The translations under genes were made by a program, and so were the position numbers. A stretch of DNA of 64,000 nucleotides from Minisyncoccota bacterium (GTDB taxonomy: Bacteria; Patescibacteriota; Minisyncoccia; JAHIHE01; JAGLIN01): NCBI GenBank assembly GCA_023142995.1, contig JAGLIM010000006.1, forward strand, positions 32,577-96,576, in the 5' to 3' direction. The notes under the pieces were generated by a model. That model was not told the origin of the DNA, did not search any database, and worked only from the letters and a program-made list of their open reading frames with translations. Positions 10,113 through 20,262 of this stretch are shown in pieces (positions within the stretch are counted from its first letter, which is position 1; each line of letters starts with the position of its first letter).

Positions 10113-10829
10113 ATGAATAAAACTTTAATTATCGCAAAAAAAGAACTGAATTCATATTTCAATTCTCCTCTCGGATATATAGTTATTTCCGTGTTTCTTG
10201 TAATTTCTGGATGGCTTTTTATCCAGACATTTTTTATAGTTGGACAAGCAACACTCCGATCTTTTTTTAATCTTTTGCCGATTTTGTTTATGTTTATTAT
10301 TCCAGCTATCACGATGTCTTCTTGGGCTGAAGAAAAAAGAAGTGGGACTGTTGAAGTTTTGATGAGTTTTCCTGTATCTTCTCTAAAAGTGGTTTTGGCA
10401 AAGTTTCTTTCAAGTTTTGTGTTTCTTTTGATAATGCTTATTTTAACATTGGCAATTTCAATAATGGTTTCTAATGTGGGTTCTCCAGATGGAGGAATTA
10501 TTATTGCAGGTTATATTGGAGCGATCTTTCTAGGTTCTGCTTATATTGCTATCGGGCTTTGGATATCTTCAATAACAAAAAATCAGATCATTTCTTTTCT
10601 TGTTACTGTCTCAATTATATTTATATTTTATATGATAGGGAATTCTCTTATTCTTGATACAATGCCGAGTAGTGTAGCAGCAGTTGGAAACTTTTTAAGT
10701 TTTTCGACTCATTTTGATTCAATTCTGCGAGGAGTAATTTCGCTTTCTGATATTTTATATTATATTTCTGTTATTGCATTCTTTCTATTTTTAAATGCGA
10801 GAACTATAGGAATGAGAAAGTGGAAGTGA
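10113..10829 (+). CDS. ABC-2 permease (GldF-like)
   Basis: IAKKELNSYFNSPLGY, PAITM..AEEKRSGTVE, HFDSILRG. Confidence 0.88.
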   Translation: MNKTLIIAKKELNSYFNSPLGYIVISVFLVISGWLFIQTFFIVGQATLRSFFNLLPILFMFIIPAITMSSWAEEKRSGTVEVLMSFPVSSLKVVLAKFLSSFVFLLIMLILTLAISIMVSNVGSPDGGIIIAGYIGAIFLGSAYIAIGLWISSITKNQIISFLVTVSIIFIFYMIGNSLILDTMPSSVAAVGNFLSFSTHFDSILRGVISLSDILYYISVIAFFLFLNARTIGMRKWK

Positions 10830-10989
10830 AGTTAGCTTTTTAGGATTTAGCTTCTTAGATTGTAGGCTCTAAGTAAATTGTTGAGATTTTAATTGTCGGA
10901 TAGATAAAAACAAAAGGTTCAAGTCAGAGACATTGAACTAACAGAAATTTTAACAATTCTGTTATAAATTGTTGGTTCAATAATCTTTT

Positions 10990-11052
10990 AATATTTTTCG
11001 ACCTTGTGGAGAAATTTATTGCGTAAAGTTCTCCATAAAGTCGAATAATATT
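10990..11052 (+). repeat. Hairpin family A copy
   Basis: Same arms as 9901-9963. Confidence 0.85.
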
Positions 11053-11053
11053 A

Positions 11054-12640
11054 TTGTTTCCAGATTTCTCAATCGCTAAAATGAAACTTATGTCAACCCC
11101 AATAAATAAAAAGATTCTAAACTCTGGAATAAGCTCAGTCTTGATTTTCTTAGCATTTCTAATCGCTATTAATTTTTTGGCATCGCAAAATCCTGTGTAT
11201 TTCGATCTGACAGAAGAAAAGATATATACGACATCAGATGCGTCAAAAGATATTCTGAAAAACTTAGAAAGTGAAGTTAATGTTAATTTTTATATTTCCA
11301 AAGATCTTCCACAAAGTGTGACTAGTACAAAAATGCAACTTGTTGATCTTATGAATCAGTATCAGGATGTTACTGGATCAAAATTAAAAGTTTTTTATAA
11401 TGAGCCAGAAAATACTCCTGAAAAAGTGCAGGAACTTGCGGAGATTGGTATTCCTCAGATTCAATTTAATGTGATTGAAAAAGATAAATATGAAGTAAGA
11501 CAGGGATTTTTTGGAGTGGAAATAACTTCAGAGATCAATGGAGAAATAAAAAGAGAAGCAATTCCAGTTATTCAGTCTATTGATAGTTGGGAATATGATT
11601 TTATTTCTGCTGTTTATTCAATTTCAAGAGAGAATGAAGAAACCGTTGCTTTCTTGAAGGGACATTTTGAAAGAAATATTCAACTTCAGGATTTGCAAAA
11701 ATCTTACAAAATCGTGGATGTTGAGATAGAAACTGAAGAAGAGAATAAAGGGTTTTTTATCTCAGACGGTAAAGCAGAAGAAACAAGTGAGATAGAAAAT
11801 GAAAAAGAATTTGTATATCCTGTGACTTTGATTATTATCGGTCCAGTAGAAAAAATATCAACTGAAGAGATTGCGATTATTGATGAATTTATTTCTAATG
11901 GAGGAAATGTTATTGTTGCATCTGAAAGTGTTGCTCCTGATCTTCAACAAAATTTAAGTCCAATTCCTATTGAAAATAATATAAACGAACTTACAGAAAA
12001 ATATGGCATTAAGATCAATTCTGATTTGATCTATGATAGATCCAATTCTAATATAACTTATCAGCAAGGGTTTTTCTCTGTTAGCAAGGCATATCCTTTT
12101 TGGGTGAAAGCTTTACAGGACAATTTTCAAGAACATCCTTCTCTTTCTGGTATTCAGTCAGTTGTATTTCCATGGGCCTCTTCCTTATCTATTTCTGATA
12201 ATGAAGAATATTGCGTAAAATCAATGATAAGCTCAACAAATCAGGCAAAGGGTATGTCAGATAATTATGATCTATTACCTGATAGTACGTTTTCTTTCTC
12301 TGGAGGATCTAAGAAGACAATTGTTGCTTTTGCTGAGCCAAAAGATGAAAATTCAAATAAAGGAACATTGTTTGTTATTGGTGATTCAGACTTTATATCT
12401 CCTGAATTTTTGAAACAGGCTTCTAACAATGAAACATTTTTTATGAATCTTGTTGACTCTGTTTCAAATTCAGTAAATTTGGCGTCAATTCGATCTAAAA
12501 ATATTATTGACAGACCATTGAAAGAACTCGAAGAGTCTGAAAAGAACTATTGGAAGTTTATCTCGATCTTTGGTGCTGCTATTCTAATCAATATTTATGG
12601 AATACTTAGAATCACTAAAAGGAAGAAAATAAATAAATAA
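11054..12640 (+). CDS. GldG-like ABC auxiliary protein (start probably 11081 or 11090)
   Basis: DLTEEKIYT, FLKGHFE, VIGDSDF..N..FFMN; N- and C-terminal TM helices. Confidence 0.85.
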   Translation: MFPDFSIAKMKLMSTPINKKILNSGISSVLIFLAFLIAINFLASQNPVYFDLTEEKIYTTSDASKDILKNLESEVNVNFYISKDLPQSVTSTKMQLVDLMNQYQDVTGSKLKVFYNEPENTPEKVQELAEIGIPQIQFNVIEKDKYEVRQGFFGVEITSEINGEIKREAIPVIQSIDSWEYDFISAVYSISRENEETVAFLKGHFERNIQLQDLQKSYKIVDVEIETEEENKGFFISDGKAEETSEIENEKEFVYPVTLIIIGPVEKISTEEIAIIDEFISNGGNVIVASESVAPDLQQNLSPIPIENNINELTEKYGIKINSDLIYDRSNSNITYQQGFFSVSKAYPFWVKALQDNFQEHPSLSGIQSVVFPWASSLSISDNEEYCVKSMISSTNQAKGMSDNYDLLPDSTFSFSGGSKKTIVAFAEPKDENSNKGTLFVIGDSDFISPEFLKQASNNETFFMNLVDSVSNSVNLASIRSKNIIDRPLKELEESEKNYWKFISIFGAAILINIYGILRITKRKKINK

Positions 12641-12670
12641 AATTATATTGTTATATTGTCAATTTTGAAT

Positions 12671-12746
12671 CGTTGGCTCTATGTGGCGATTCCCCTCTTG
12701 CATGCCCGCCTTGGGAGGGAGAGGGTTGGGGGTGTGTTAATGTGAA
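12671..12746 (-). repeat. CCCCTCTCAAGAGGGG-family palindromic repeat with a 19-bp nano-element (12700-12718) in its loop
   Basis: Reverse complement matches 55981-56039 apart from the 19-bp insert. Confidence 0.8.
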
Positions 12747-12949
12747 TTGAGGAAAAACAGTTATTATACAAAAGTGGGTTTATAACCCGCTGTTTTTGTT
12801 TTGAAATTTCTGTTATCGTATTTTTCTTATTTTTAAATGTAAGAGTTGTTAGTATGAAAAGTTGGTAGCAATTGTTTTTTAAACAAAAAAAGAAGGCGAA
12901 TCAAGTTACAACTTTTGCTGAAACTGATGCCTCATATTGTTATCTTCTA

Positions 12950-13225
12950 CTATTCTCCTGGAATATCAAAGATTATTTCGTTACTCATTTCCATAACAGG
13001 GTTATAAACTCCTTTGAGAATATTCCCATTATGATCGACTAACTTTTCTTTGATAAGCACTTCTTGTGCTTCTTTTGAAATTTTATAGCTGTTGTTTAAA
13101 CATTTTACAACAAGCTCAGAAAATATTCCGAAAGTAAGTCTGCCCCTTCTGATAGCAACTTCTATCATCATAGTTCCTATCGTATCTCGTCCAGATAATT
13201 TCTTTTTCATTTGTCTTATCTCCAT
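12950..13225 (-). CDS. Hypothetical protein
   Basis: ORF with upstream TTGACA-N17-TAAGAT on the minus strand (13269-13241). Confidence 0.55.
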   Translation of the reverse strand: MEIRQMKKKLSGRDTIGTMMIEVAIRRGRLTFGIFSELVVKCLNNSYKISKEAQEVLIKEKLVDHNGNILKGVYNPVMEMSNEIIFDIPGE

Positions 13226-13285
13226 ATAATCTAACTATTTATCTTATCATAAGACGAAACTTATGTCAATTCCAATAATCAAAAT

Positions 13286-14759
13286 TGTCAGCCCCAAATG
13301 ATAATGTCATAGTAGTCCCTAATAGAAATGTCATACCTAGATATTTTGTGCCATAATTGATTTGTTAACTAATTTACAAATCAAACATGATACAAAAAGA
13401 AAAGGAACTAATAGTTATGACTCAAAAAGAATTATTAAGATATGATGTTATCAAGAAGCTAATAGAACAAAAAATTAATGGAACAGAAGCTTCAATTCAA
13501 ATGAATTTATCAATCAGACAAACAAAGAGACTAAAAGTAAGAGTTAAGAAATATGGAATAAAAGGAATAATTCATTGTAATAGGAATAAAGAAAGTAATA
13601 GAAAAATTAAAGCTAAAACTGTTAAAAAGATAAAAAAACATCTTAAAGAGAAATATTATGATTTCGGTCCTACTTTTGCTAAGGAAAAGTTAGAAGAGCT
13701 TCATAATATAGAAATAGGAGTAGAAACATTAAGACAACTGATGATCGTAGAAGGATTATGGAAAGCAAAACCAAAAAGAAAGAACGTTCAGCATAAGTCT
13801 TGGCGAGCTAGAAAAGAATATTTCGGTGAAATGGAACAGTTTGACGGATCATATCATATTTGGTTTGGAAAAAAAGAATCTTGTTTGCTTTTAGCAATTG
13901 ATGATGCCACGGGAAGAATAACTTATGCTAAATTTGATTACAACGAAAGTACAATAGCAGTTTTTAGATTCTGGCTAGAATATTTTAAAAAGAATGGTTT
14001 GCCAATTTCAATCTATCTTGATAAATTCAGTACCTACAAGATAAATCATCCTAATGCGGTTGATAATAAGGATCTAATGACTCAATTTCAAAGAGCGATG
14101 AATCAAGTCAGTATTAAGCCTATCACAGCTCACAGTCCAGAAGCTAAAGGAAGAGTCGAAAGAATGTTCGCAACCTTGCAGGACAGATTATTAAAAGAAT
14201 TAAGACTAGCTGGAGTAAAAACAATTTCTGAAGCTAATAAGTTTTTACAAGAATATATTCCAAAATTTAATGCTAAGTTTGAGGTTATACCAGCAAAAAA
14301 CAAGGATATACATAAAGAAATAAATCAAAGATTAGAAGAAAAACTTCCTCAGATCTTTTCTGTTCAGAATGAAAGAAAAGTACATAATGATTATACAGTG
14401 ATGTTTGAAACTCAATACTTTCAGCTAGAACAAGAACAGCCGATAACAGTTTATAAGAAAGATTCTGTAATTATTGAAAAACATTTAGACGGTGTTATTA
14501 AAATCAATCTAAAAGAACATTATTTGAATTACAGAGTATTACCATCACGACCTCAAAAGCAAATTAATATTAAATTACCAGCTCTAACTAAAAGAAAACA
14601 ATCTGACTGGAAACCACCAATTAATCATCCATGGAGAAGAAACTTATGCTTTTCTGATAATTTAAAAGTTAAAAAGATAAAAACTTAATTAATCTAAATT
14701 AGCGAAGTATGACATTTCTACTTTGGAGAAAGGTATGACATTTCTACTTGGGGTTGACA
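13286..14759 (+). mobile_element. Complete IS1202-family (ISNCY-derived) insertion sequence, 1474 bp
   Basis: TGT..ACA ends; 27-bp IRs with 21 matches; repeated subterminal AATGTCATA sites; flanking direct repeat TTCCAATAATCAAAAT at 13270-13285 and 14760-14775. Confidence 0.9.
13387..14688 (+). CDS. DDE transposase, IS1202/ISNCY type
   Basis: N-terminal HTH, DFGPTFA.EKL, QFDGSYH, IYLDK, AKGRVER, C-terminal KPP.NHPWR. Confidence 0.92.
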   Translation: MIQKEKELIVMTQKELLRYDVIKKLIEQKINGTEASIQMNLSIRQTKRLKVRVKKYGIKGIIHCNRNKESNRKIKAKTVKKIKKHLKEKYYDFGPTFAKEKLEELHNIEIGVETLRQLMIVEGLWKAKPKRKNVQHKSWRARKEYFGEMEQFDGSYHIWFGKKESCLLLAIDDATGRITYAKFDYNESTIAVFRFWLEYFKKNGLPISIYLDKFSTYKINHPNAVDNKDLMTQFQRAMNQVSIKPITAHSPEAKGRVERMFATLQDRLLKELRLAGVKTISEANKFLQEYIPKFNAKFEVIPAKNKDIHKEINQRLEEKLPQIFSVQNERKVHNDYTVMFETQYFQLEQEQPITVYKKDSVIIEKHLDGVIKINLKEHYLNYRVLPSRPQKQINIKLPALTKRKQSDWKPPINHPWRRNLCFSDNLKVKKIKT

Positions 14760-14822
14760 TTCCAATAATCAAAATTCCAATAATCAAAAAAGAGACGAAG
14801 CAGTGTTTTGTGCGTGTTGAGT

Positions 14823-14851
14823 GTAGAGACGTAGCACTGCTACGTCTCCAC
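14823..14851. repeat. GTAG-type REP
   Basis: GTAGAGACGTAGCACTGCTACGTCTC; second copy at 42730-42757. Confidence 0.8.
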
Positions 14852-14975
14852 GGCGTTGAAAAAAAGGTAGGGTAAAGGACTCGACAACTATTGAAAATTA
14901 TGAGATAATACACAGTCTAATTCAAAGATATGCTCTTTGACAATTACAAATTAGTAAGAATATTTTAAGGGATAG

Positions 14976-16409
14976 GTGATAAGAATGAACAGTATGAAAT
15001 TAATGATGTTGTTATTTGCAATAAGTATGCTTATTCCGTTTGCATCAGCAAACGACAGTCCTTATGCGAATATCAATAAAGTAGGATCCGCAGAAATTAT
15101 TGATTCTGTGGTCATAAATGTTTGCGAGGAGTTGGTCTTATCTGGAAGACGTTCCTCTGATCCTGATGGCAGTGTAGAAGAGTATCACTGGTATGACGGA
15201 GATAAATTGTTATCAGAAGAGGTGACTCTTATTTTAGAGATCACAGATACTTCCACTAAGAGTATTAAATTAGTGGTAACTGACAATAAGGGAAAGACTG
15301 ATGAGACAATAGTAAAAGTCTATTCCCATTTAACTCCAGATCCAAAAATTAGCCTGAGTAATCCCAATGGGGTTCTTTACCAGACAGACGAATTTATGGT
15401 AATTGCCATAGTTCCAAAAAATGGTAATGAATTTCAAAAATTAGATTTGAAATGGGATTATGATGAAGAGATTGTAAAGAAAGTTAAGGAGAATAAGAGA
15501 ATCCGTAAGGACGGAGAGGAATATCAGTTGACATTCAAGGCATTAAAACCAGGAAATACTAAAATTAGTTTTTCTGGAACAAACCTTTGCGGTGAAACTG
15601 CAGAGGAGGAAGTTAATGTTAAAATCTCGTCTTCTAAATCTCCCAAGATAGAGGAGATAATAATTCCAGAGGGAATTAGAGAAGAAGAAAGATTTGAAAT
15701 TTCAGCTGAAGTTTCAGATTGTAACGGATGTCAATATCTTTTTGAGGTATTCAATTCGGAATATCCAGGATCAGAAGCAATTTCTACTTCTGAAACTGAA
15801 AAGATATGCCTGACATTAGATTACGGTCTCTATCATGTCAATCTGACTGTTAAGAACAAGGAAGGTATTTCAGCTTTTAAGTGGGATACTTTTGAAGTTC
15901 CTAATACGAAGAATGATAAACCTGTCGCAGATGCATCAAAAACTGCAAAGTATGCGGTGATTGACACTGCTTTTACTCTTGATGCATCAAAATCTCGTGA
16001 CGATGGTAAGATTAGCTATTGTCAGTTCTTTTTGTTGAATACAAACATAAATAAATATGAACAGATCTATGAAGGTAATAGTTTGATCTGCGAGTATAGC
16101 TTCACAAGAAGCGGACTACAGAAGCTTTTCGTGCTAGTCAGAGATGACGCTTTTCCATCTCTTGAAAGTAAACCTTATCCTTTTCAGGTCATAGTTGTGG
16201 ACTCTGAAAAGCAGAAGAAGAAAGTAGTTAAAACAGAAGAAGTCAAGAAACAACCAAAAGTAGTAATTCCCTATCAACCTCCGAGTGAAGAGGAGTTGAA
16301 GGATAGGAGAAATAAAGAATTGGCAAGAATATATTTGCCAGGATTTGAATTTCCATTAACTTTTCTTGTTATAATAATCATAGCAAGAAAGAGTCGCAGA
16401 GATCTATAA
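14976..16409 (+). CDS. Secreted PKD/Ig-domain protein with PGF-CTERM-like C-terminus
   Basis: Signal peptide; LSGRRSSDPDGSVEEYHW and FTLDASKSRDDG PKD motifs; ends LPGFEFPLTFLVIIIIARKSRRDL. Confidence 0.75.
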   Translation: MIRMNSMKLMMLLFAISMLIPFASANDSPYANINKVGSAEIIDSVVINVCEELVLSGRRSSDPDGSVEEYHWYDGDKLLSEEVTLILEITDTSTKSIKLVVTDNKGKTDETIVKVYSHLTPDPKISLSNPNGVLYQTDEFMVIAIVPKNGNEFQKLDLKWDYDEEIVKKVKENKRIRKDGEEYQLTFKALKPGNTKISFSGTNLCGETAEEEVNVKISSSKSPKIEEIIIPEGIREEERFEISAEVSDCNGCQYLFEVFNSEYPGSEAISTSETEKICLTLDYGLYHVNLTVKNKEGISAFKWDTFEVPNTKNDKPVADASKTAKYAVIDTAFTLDASKSRDDGKISYCQFFLLNTNINKYEQIYEGNSLICEYSFTRSGLQKLFVLVRDDAFPSLESKPYPFQVIVVDSEKQKKKVVKTEEVKKQPKVVIPYQPPSEEELKDRRNKELARIYLPGFEFPLTFLVIIIIARKSRRDL

Positions 16410-16576
16410 CTATATAATTATAGATCCGAGCGGCTATTTTTTTGCTATAGTTGTATTTATTTTGACAAAAAATTTCTTTATGTTAATATCAACCCAAGTT
16501 CTTTAATAATTTATCGTGGTATTGCAAAACAAAATAAAATAAAATAAAGAATATAAAGACAAAGGTTGGTGAAATT

Positions 16577-18364
16577 ATGACATTGGAAGTTGAATATGAT
16601 GGAACTGAGAATGAAATATCTATAACTATAGATTATTTTGAAAGTGAAATTACAATAAATAAGAACAGTAGTAATGGAGATAAACCTGAGATTTACACGT
16701 TTGAAATAGACAATATTGTCAATATTAAAACAATTGGTGCGGATCATAATTTTCATTTTAGGGTTGAATCTAATGGAAATTCTGATGATAGTTTAAGAGA
16801 CAGTGTTGAGGAAACTGAAGAAGAAACTGTCAGTGATGATGTTTCGGCAGAAGCTGAATCAGAAACTATCGGTGATGGTACTTCGGCAGAAGTTGAATCA
16901 GAGATTATTAGTAATGATGTTCCGATAGAAGCTGAAATAGAGATCGTTCAAGATAGTGATCCAGTTGATAATCAGACATCTGATGATGGCGTTGAAGCTA
17001 TAGAAACCGATCCTAATTCTGAATCTGATCAGCCTTCGGTTGAAGAGATCAGAGAAAAGGATTTAGACTTTGTTTTTTTGACAAAGAATGGGATAAGAAT
17101 ATTAGCTGTTCTTCTTAGAAAGATGGAACTAAAAAGAGATGAGATAAATGTGACAGATGTTCCTAGCTCAAACGTTTCAAATGCTCTTAAGGAATTAGAG
17201 GAGTCTAATCTGATCTGTTATGAGAATAATAGAAGGCTCATCAAGCCTAATCTTGAGAAAGTTTCAATTTCTTGTCTATGGCTCTATGATAGTCAAATTC
17301 AGAAAATAGTAAATTCAGAATTTGATTTTAGATTTGGAAGATCTGTACAGAATATTCTGCACTTGCTATACAATTATCCAGATGGTTTATACCGGGATGC
17401 AATTACTATTGGTACAAGTCTTAGCAAACCTGTATTTAATAAGGCAATAGTAACAATGGAAAGATATGGGTTGATTGAAGTTACGGGTAAGAGAAATGAA
17501 ACTATCATTTTTCCTAAATTTTCTGCTAATCATGTAGAAAAAGATTCAATAATATCTCAAAAGCCAATTGTTGTTGAGACAGATCTAGCTAATACTGAAG
17601 AGTCAGTAGCTGATTCTGATGCAGATAGAGAAGACTTGTTAACATCACAAAGTCCAACTGCCGTTGAGACAATTTCAGATCAAGAGGTGGTGACAGGAGC
17701 TAAATCAACAGTTGCCATTAATACAGCTGAAGGATTTAATATAAAGAATTTTGAAAGTTACATAAGTATAATTCTTAAAGGTTCTTCTGATGTTAAATTG
17801 CAGACTCTTTCTAGTCGATTTGGAGTTAAGCTAAGAGATGAAGGAATAACCAAATTGTTAAATGCAATTGATAAGAGAATTGCAATTGAAGTTGTGAATG
17901 TTAGGACAGGCAAGATAGTCTCTTGGGAGCCAAAACATTCAAAGGGTATTACTGTATATTTTGAAGGCATTGCTTTTGGGAATCTGGAGGTTAGAAAAAA
18001 AACTGATAATTTAAAGGAGGAAGATTCTGAAAAGCAAGAAATAACTGGTGACATTAAAATAGATGATTTGTCGGAAGAGACAGTTTTGAAGGAGGAAGCA
18101 ATAGAATTAACATCTGAAGATAAAGAAGGTATAAAAAAAGATATAAAAGCAAGAGCTGATAATATGAGAATGGGAGAGCCATTTAAGAATATCTTATATA
18201 TACTGATTGATAATCTTCCCAGTGGTGTGAAACTGAAAGATATTATTGAGGAGGCAGAAAATTATTCAATGCGTAAAGCGCAAATAAAACCATATCTTGA
18301 TATTTTGACAAGACAAGGATTTGTCAGAAAAGAGGTAGGTGAATATAAACTATTAAATGTATAG
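16577..18364 (+). CDS. Orphan protein with acidic linkers and several winged-helix-like segments
   Basis: SNVSNALKELEESNLI, VFNKAIVTMERYGLIE, IKPYLDILTRQGFV; three 13-aa acidic repeats. Confidence 0.65.
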   Translation: MTLEVEYDGTENEISITIDYFESEITINKNSSNGDKPEIYTFEIDNIVNIKTIGADHNFHFRVESNGNSDDSLRDSVEETEEETVSDDVSAEAESETIGDGTSAEVESEIISNDVPIEAEIEIVQDSDPVDNQTSDDGVEAIETDPNSESDQPSVEEIREKDLDFVFLTKNGIRILAVLLRKMELKRDEINVTDVPSSNVSNALKELEESNLICYENNRRLIKPNLEKVSISCLWLYDSQIQKIVNSEFDFRFGRSVQNILHLLYNYPDGLYRDAITIGTSLSKPVFNKAIVTMERYGLIEVTGKRNETIIFPKFSANHVEKDSIISQKPIVVETDLANTEESVADSDADREDLLTSQSPTAVETISDQEVVTGAKSTVAINTAEGFNIKNFESYISIILKGSSDVKLQTLSSRFGVKLRDEGITKLLNAIDKRIAIEVVNVRTGKIVSWEPKHSKGITVYFEGIAFGNLEVRKKTDNLKEEDSEKQEITGDIKIDDLSEETVLKEEAIELTSEDKEGIKKDIKARADNMRMGEPFKNILYILIDNLPSGVKLKDIIEEAENYSMRKAQIKPYLDILTRQGFVRKEVGEYKLLNV

Positions 18365-18423
18365 AGGTTCACGCCTCTCTTTTTTTATTTGATTTTTGAT
18401 AGTATTCAAGTATAATAAAAAGT

Positions 18424-19557
18424 ATGATAAGTGAAGTAATAATAAGCAGTTTTGTTATAATCGCAGTTTTAGCTGTGCTGTTTTTTCTGTTTAAAAAACC
18501 GATCTCTGATTATTTCACAAGCCTTGGTGAAAAAATGGTGGAGAGAAATTTGAAAATGTTAGAAGGAAGAAACAGAGAGATTCTCAAAGAAGAAAGAGAA
18601 AGAATAAGCGAAATGAATGATGAAAAAATGAAAAGGAATGAGCAATATATGGAAGGTAAAAAAGATGCTATAAAGGAAATGGTGAACAAAATTGACTTAG
18701 AACTTCGAGAATCTCAGAAAAAGATCCAAAACACTGAAAAGGATAGAATCGGAGAATTTGCAAAAATGAAAACGATCTTGCAGGAGCATAAGATTATCAC
18801 AGGAGAATTGAAGGATTCAACTGATAATTTGAAAAAGATACTTTCTAATAATCAACAACGTGGGAAATACGGAGAAGAAGTGGCGGAAAATATTTTGAAA
18901 ATGCTGGGATTTGTGAAAGATTTGGATTATATTGTAAATCTAAGGCAAGAAACAAATGCTAATCGTCCTGATATCACTATAAAATTACCAGATAAAACAA
19001 AGATCAATATAGATGTAAAATTTCCATATTCATCTTTTCAGAAATTTCAGGAAGTTGAAGATAAATTAGAAAAGGAAAAATATTTAGCGCAATTTAAAAT
19101 TGATGTCAAAGAAAAGATCAAGCAGGTGACTAGCCGTGATTATATCAATCCAGAAGAGCAGACGCTTGATTTTGTGATTATGTTTGTTCCTAATGAGAAC
19201 ATTTTTAGTTTTATTTGTGATAAGCTGAGTGATGTTTCAAATGAGGCATTGGAAAAGAAAGTAATTATCACTGGACCATTTTCTTTTGCGGCGATTGCCA
19301 GAATGATCAAACAATCGTATAATAATTTTAAAATTCAAGAAGATCTGCATAGGGTAGTTGGCTTGATCGGAAAATTCAAGCAGGAATTTTCAAAATATAA
19401 TAATGAATTTGATAAGTTAGGAGATAAGATAAATTCAATGTCAAAACAATATGATAGCGTGGCAAACACAAGAACAAGACAATTAACAAAAGTAGTAGAT
19501 CGGATCAATGAAGAAAACGAAGTTATCAATAAAGATGAGAAAAAGAAATTAAAATGA
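18424..19557 (+). CDS. rmuC: DNA recombination protein RmuC
   Basis: N-terminal TM, coiled coil, RGKYGE, RPDITIKLP, IDVKFP, DFVIMFVPNE. Confidence 0.9.
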   Translation: MISEVIISSFVIIAVLAVLFFLFKKPISDYFTSLGEKMVERNLKMLEGRNREILKEERERISEMNDEKMKRNEQYMEGKKDAIKEMVNKIDLELRESQKKIQNTEKDRIGEFAKMKTILQEHKIITGELKDSTDNLKKILSNNQQRGKYGEEVAENILKMLGFVKDLDYIVNLRQETNANRPDITIKLPDKTKINIDVKFPYSSFQKFQEVEDKLEKEKYLAQFKIDVKEKIKQVTSRDYINPEEQTLDFVIMFVPNENIFSFICDKLSDVSNEALEKKVIITGPFSFAAIARMIKQSYNNFKIQEDLHRVVGLIGKFKQEFSKYNNEFDKLGDKINSMSKQYDSVANTRTRQLTKVVDRINEENEVINKDEKKKLK

Positions 19558-19594
19558 GAAAAAGAAATTAAAAAATGAAAATTAGAAATATTGC

Positions 19595-19709
19595 TGTCAT
19601 TGCGAAAGAGCGATAGCGACTGAAGCAATCACGTAATTAAATTCTTCGTGTATAGTTACGGAATCTTTATCCGCTACTTTATCGTTTTGCTTTATTTCTC
19701 GCAATGACA
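19595..19709. repeat. TGTCATTGCGA..TCGCAATGACA inverted REP pair (RPE-like)
   Basis: Terminal inverted repeats with internal GAAGCAATC. Confidence 0.75.
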
Positions 19710-19727
19710 TTTTGTAAAAATACAAGA

Positions 19728-20261
19728 ATGAAAAATTGGGAAACAATAAAATCAAAAACAGCATTCAAATGCAAGTATATGAAAATTCTTGAAGAAGATT
19801 TTGTTATGCCAAGCGGAAAAATACGTAAGTACTATATTCTTAAAAGAAATGATTATGTTATTGTGATTGCGAAAGAAGGGAATTATTTTTATTTAATTGA
19901 GCAATATAGATATACAACAAAATCAAAATTACTTCAAGTTGTTGCTGGGGCAATAGAAAATGGAGAGACACAGCTACAAGCTGCAAAAAAAGAATTAAAA
20001 GAAGAGGCTGGAATAACAGCGAAAAAGTTTAAAAAACTTGGTTGGTTTTATTCTAATTACGGATGTTCTGATCAGAAAGCATATGTTTTTTTGGCAGAAG
20101 ATATAAAACTTGGCGAGCAAATGCCTGATAGTATGGAGAAAGAATGTGGAATCCAAAGAAAGAAATTAAAAATTTCAGAAGTTAAGAAATTAATCAAATC
20201 AGGAAAAATTGAAGACCATGATACATTAGCAGCACTTTGTTTGTTTATGTTAAAGTATTAA
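19728..20261 (+). CDS. NUDIX hydrolase (ADP-ribose pyrophosphatase-like)
   Basis: Nudix-like box AGAIENGETQLQAAKKELKEEAG; QYRY; the ORF-track start at 19704 lies inside the repeat. Confidence 0.88.
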   Translation: MKNWETIKSKTAFKCKYMKILEEDFVMPSGKIRKYYILKRNDYVIVIAKEGNYFYLIEQYRYTTKSKLLQVVAGAIENGETQLQAAKKELKEEAGITAKKFKKLGWFYSNYGCSDQKAYVFLAEDIKLGEQMPDSMEKECGIQRKKLKISEVKKLIKSGKIEDHDTLAALCLFMLKY

Positions 20262-20262
20262 T

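Noticed and set aside
8860-12640. Gliding motility or type IX secretion
   Set aside because: GldA/F/G-like ABC systems are widespread; no motor or T9SS genes are seen
13260-13290. dif/Xer-site targeting by the IS
   Set aside because: No XerC/XerD-like site in the flanks, and the long duplication does not fit the Xer-targeting subgroup
14689-14913. 74-aa minus-strand ORF
   Set aside because: Spans the IS right end and a REP; chance ORF
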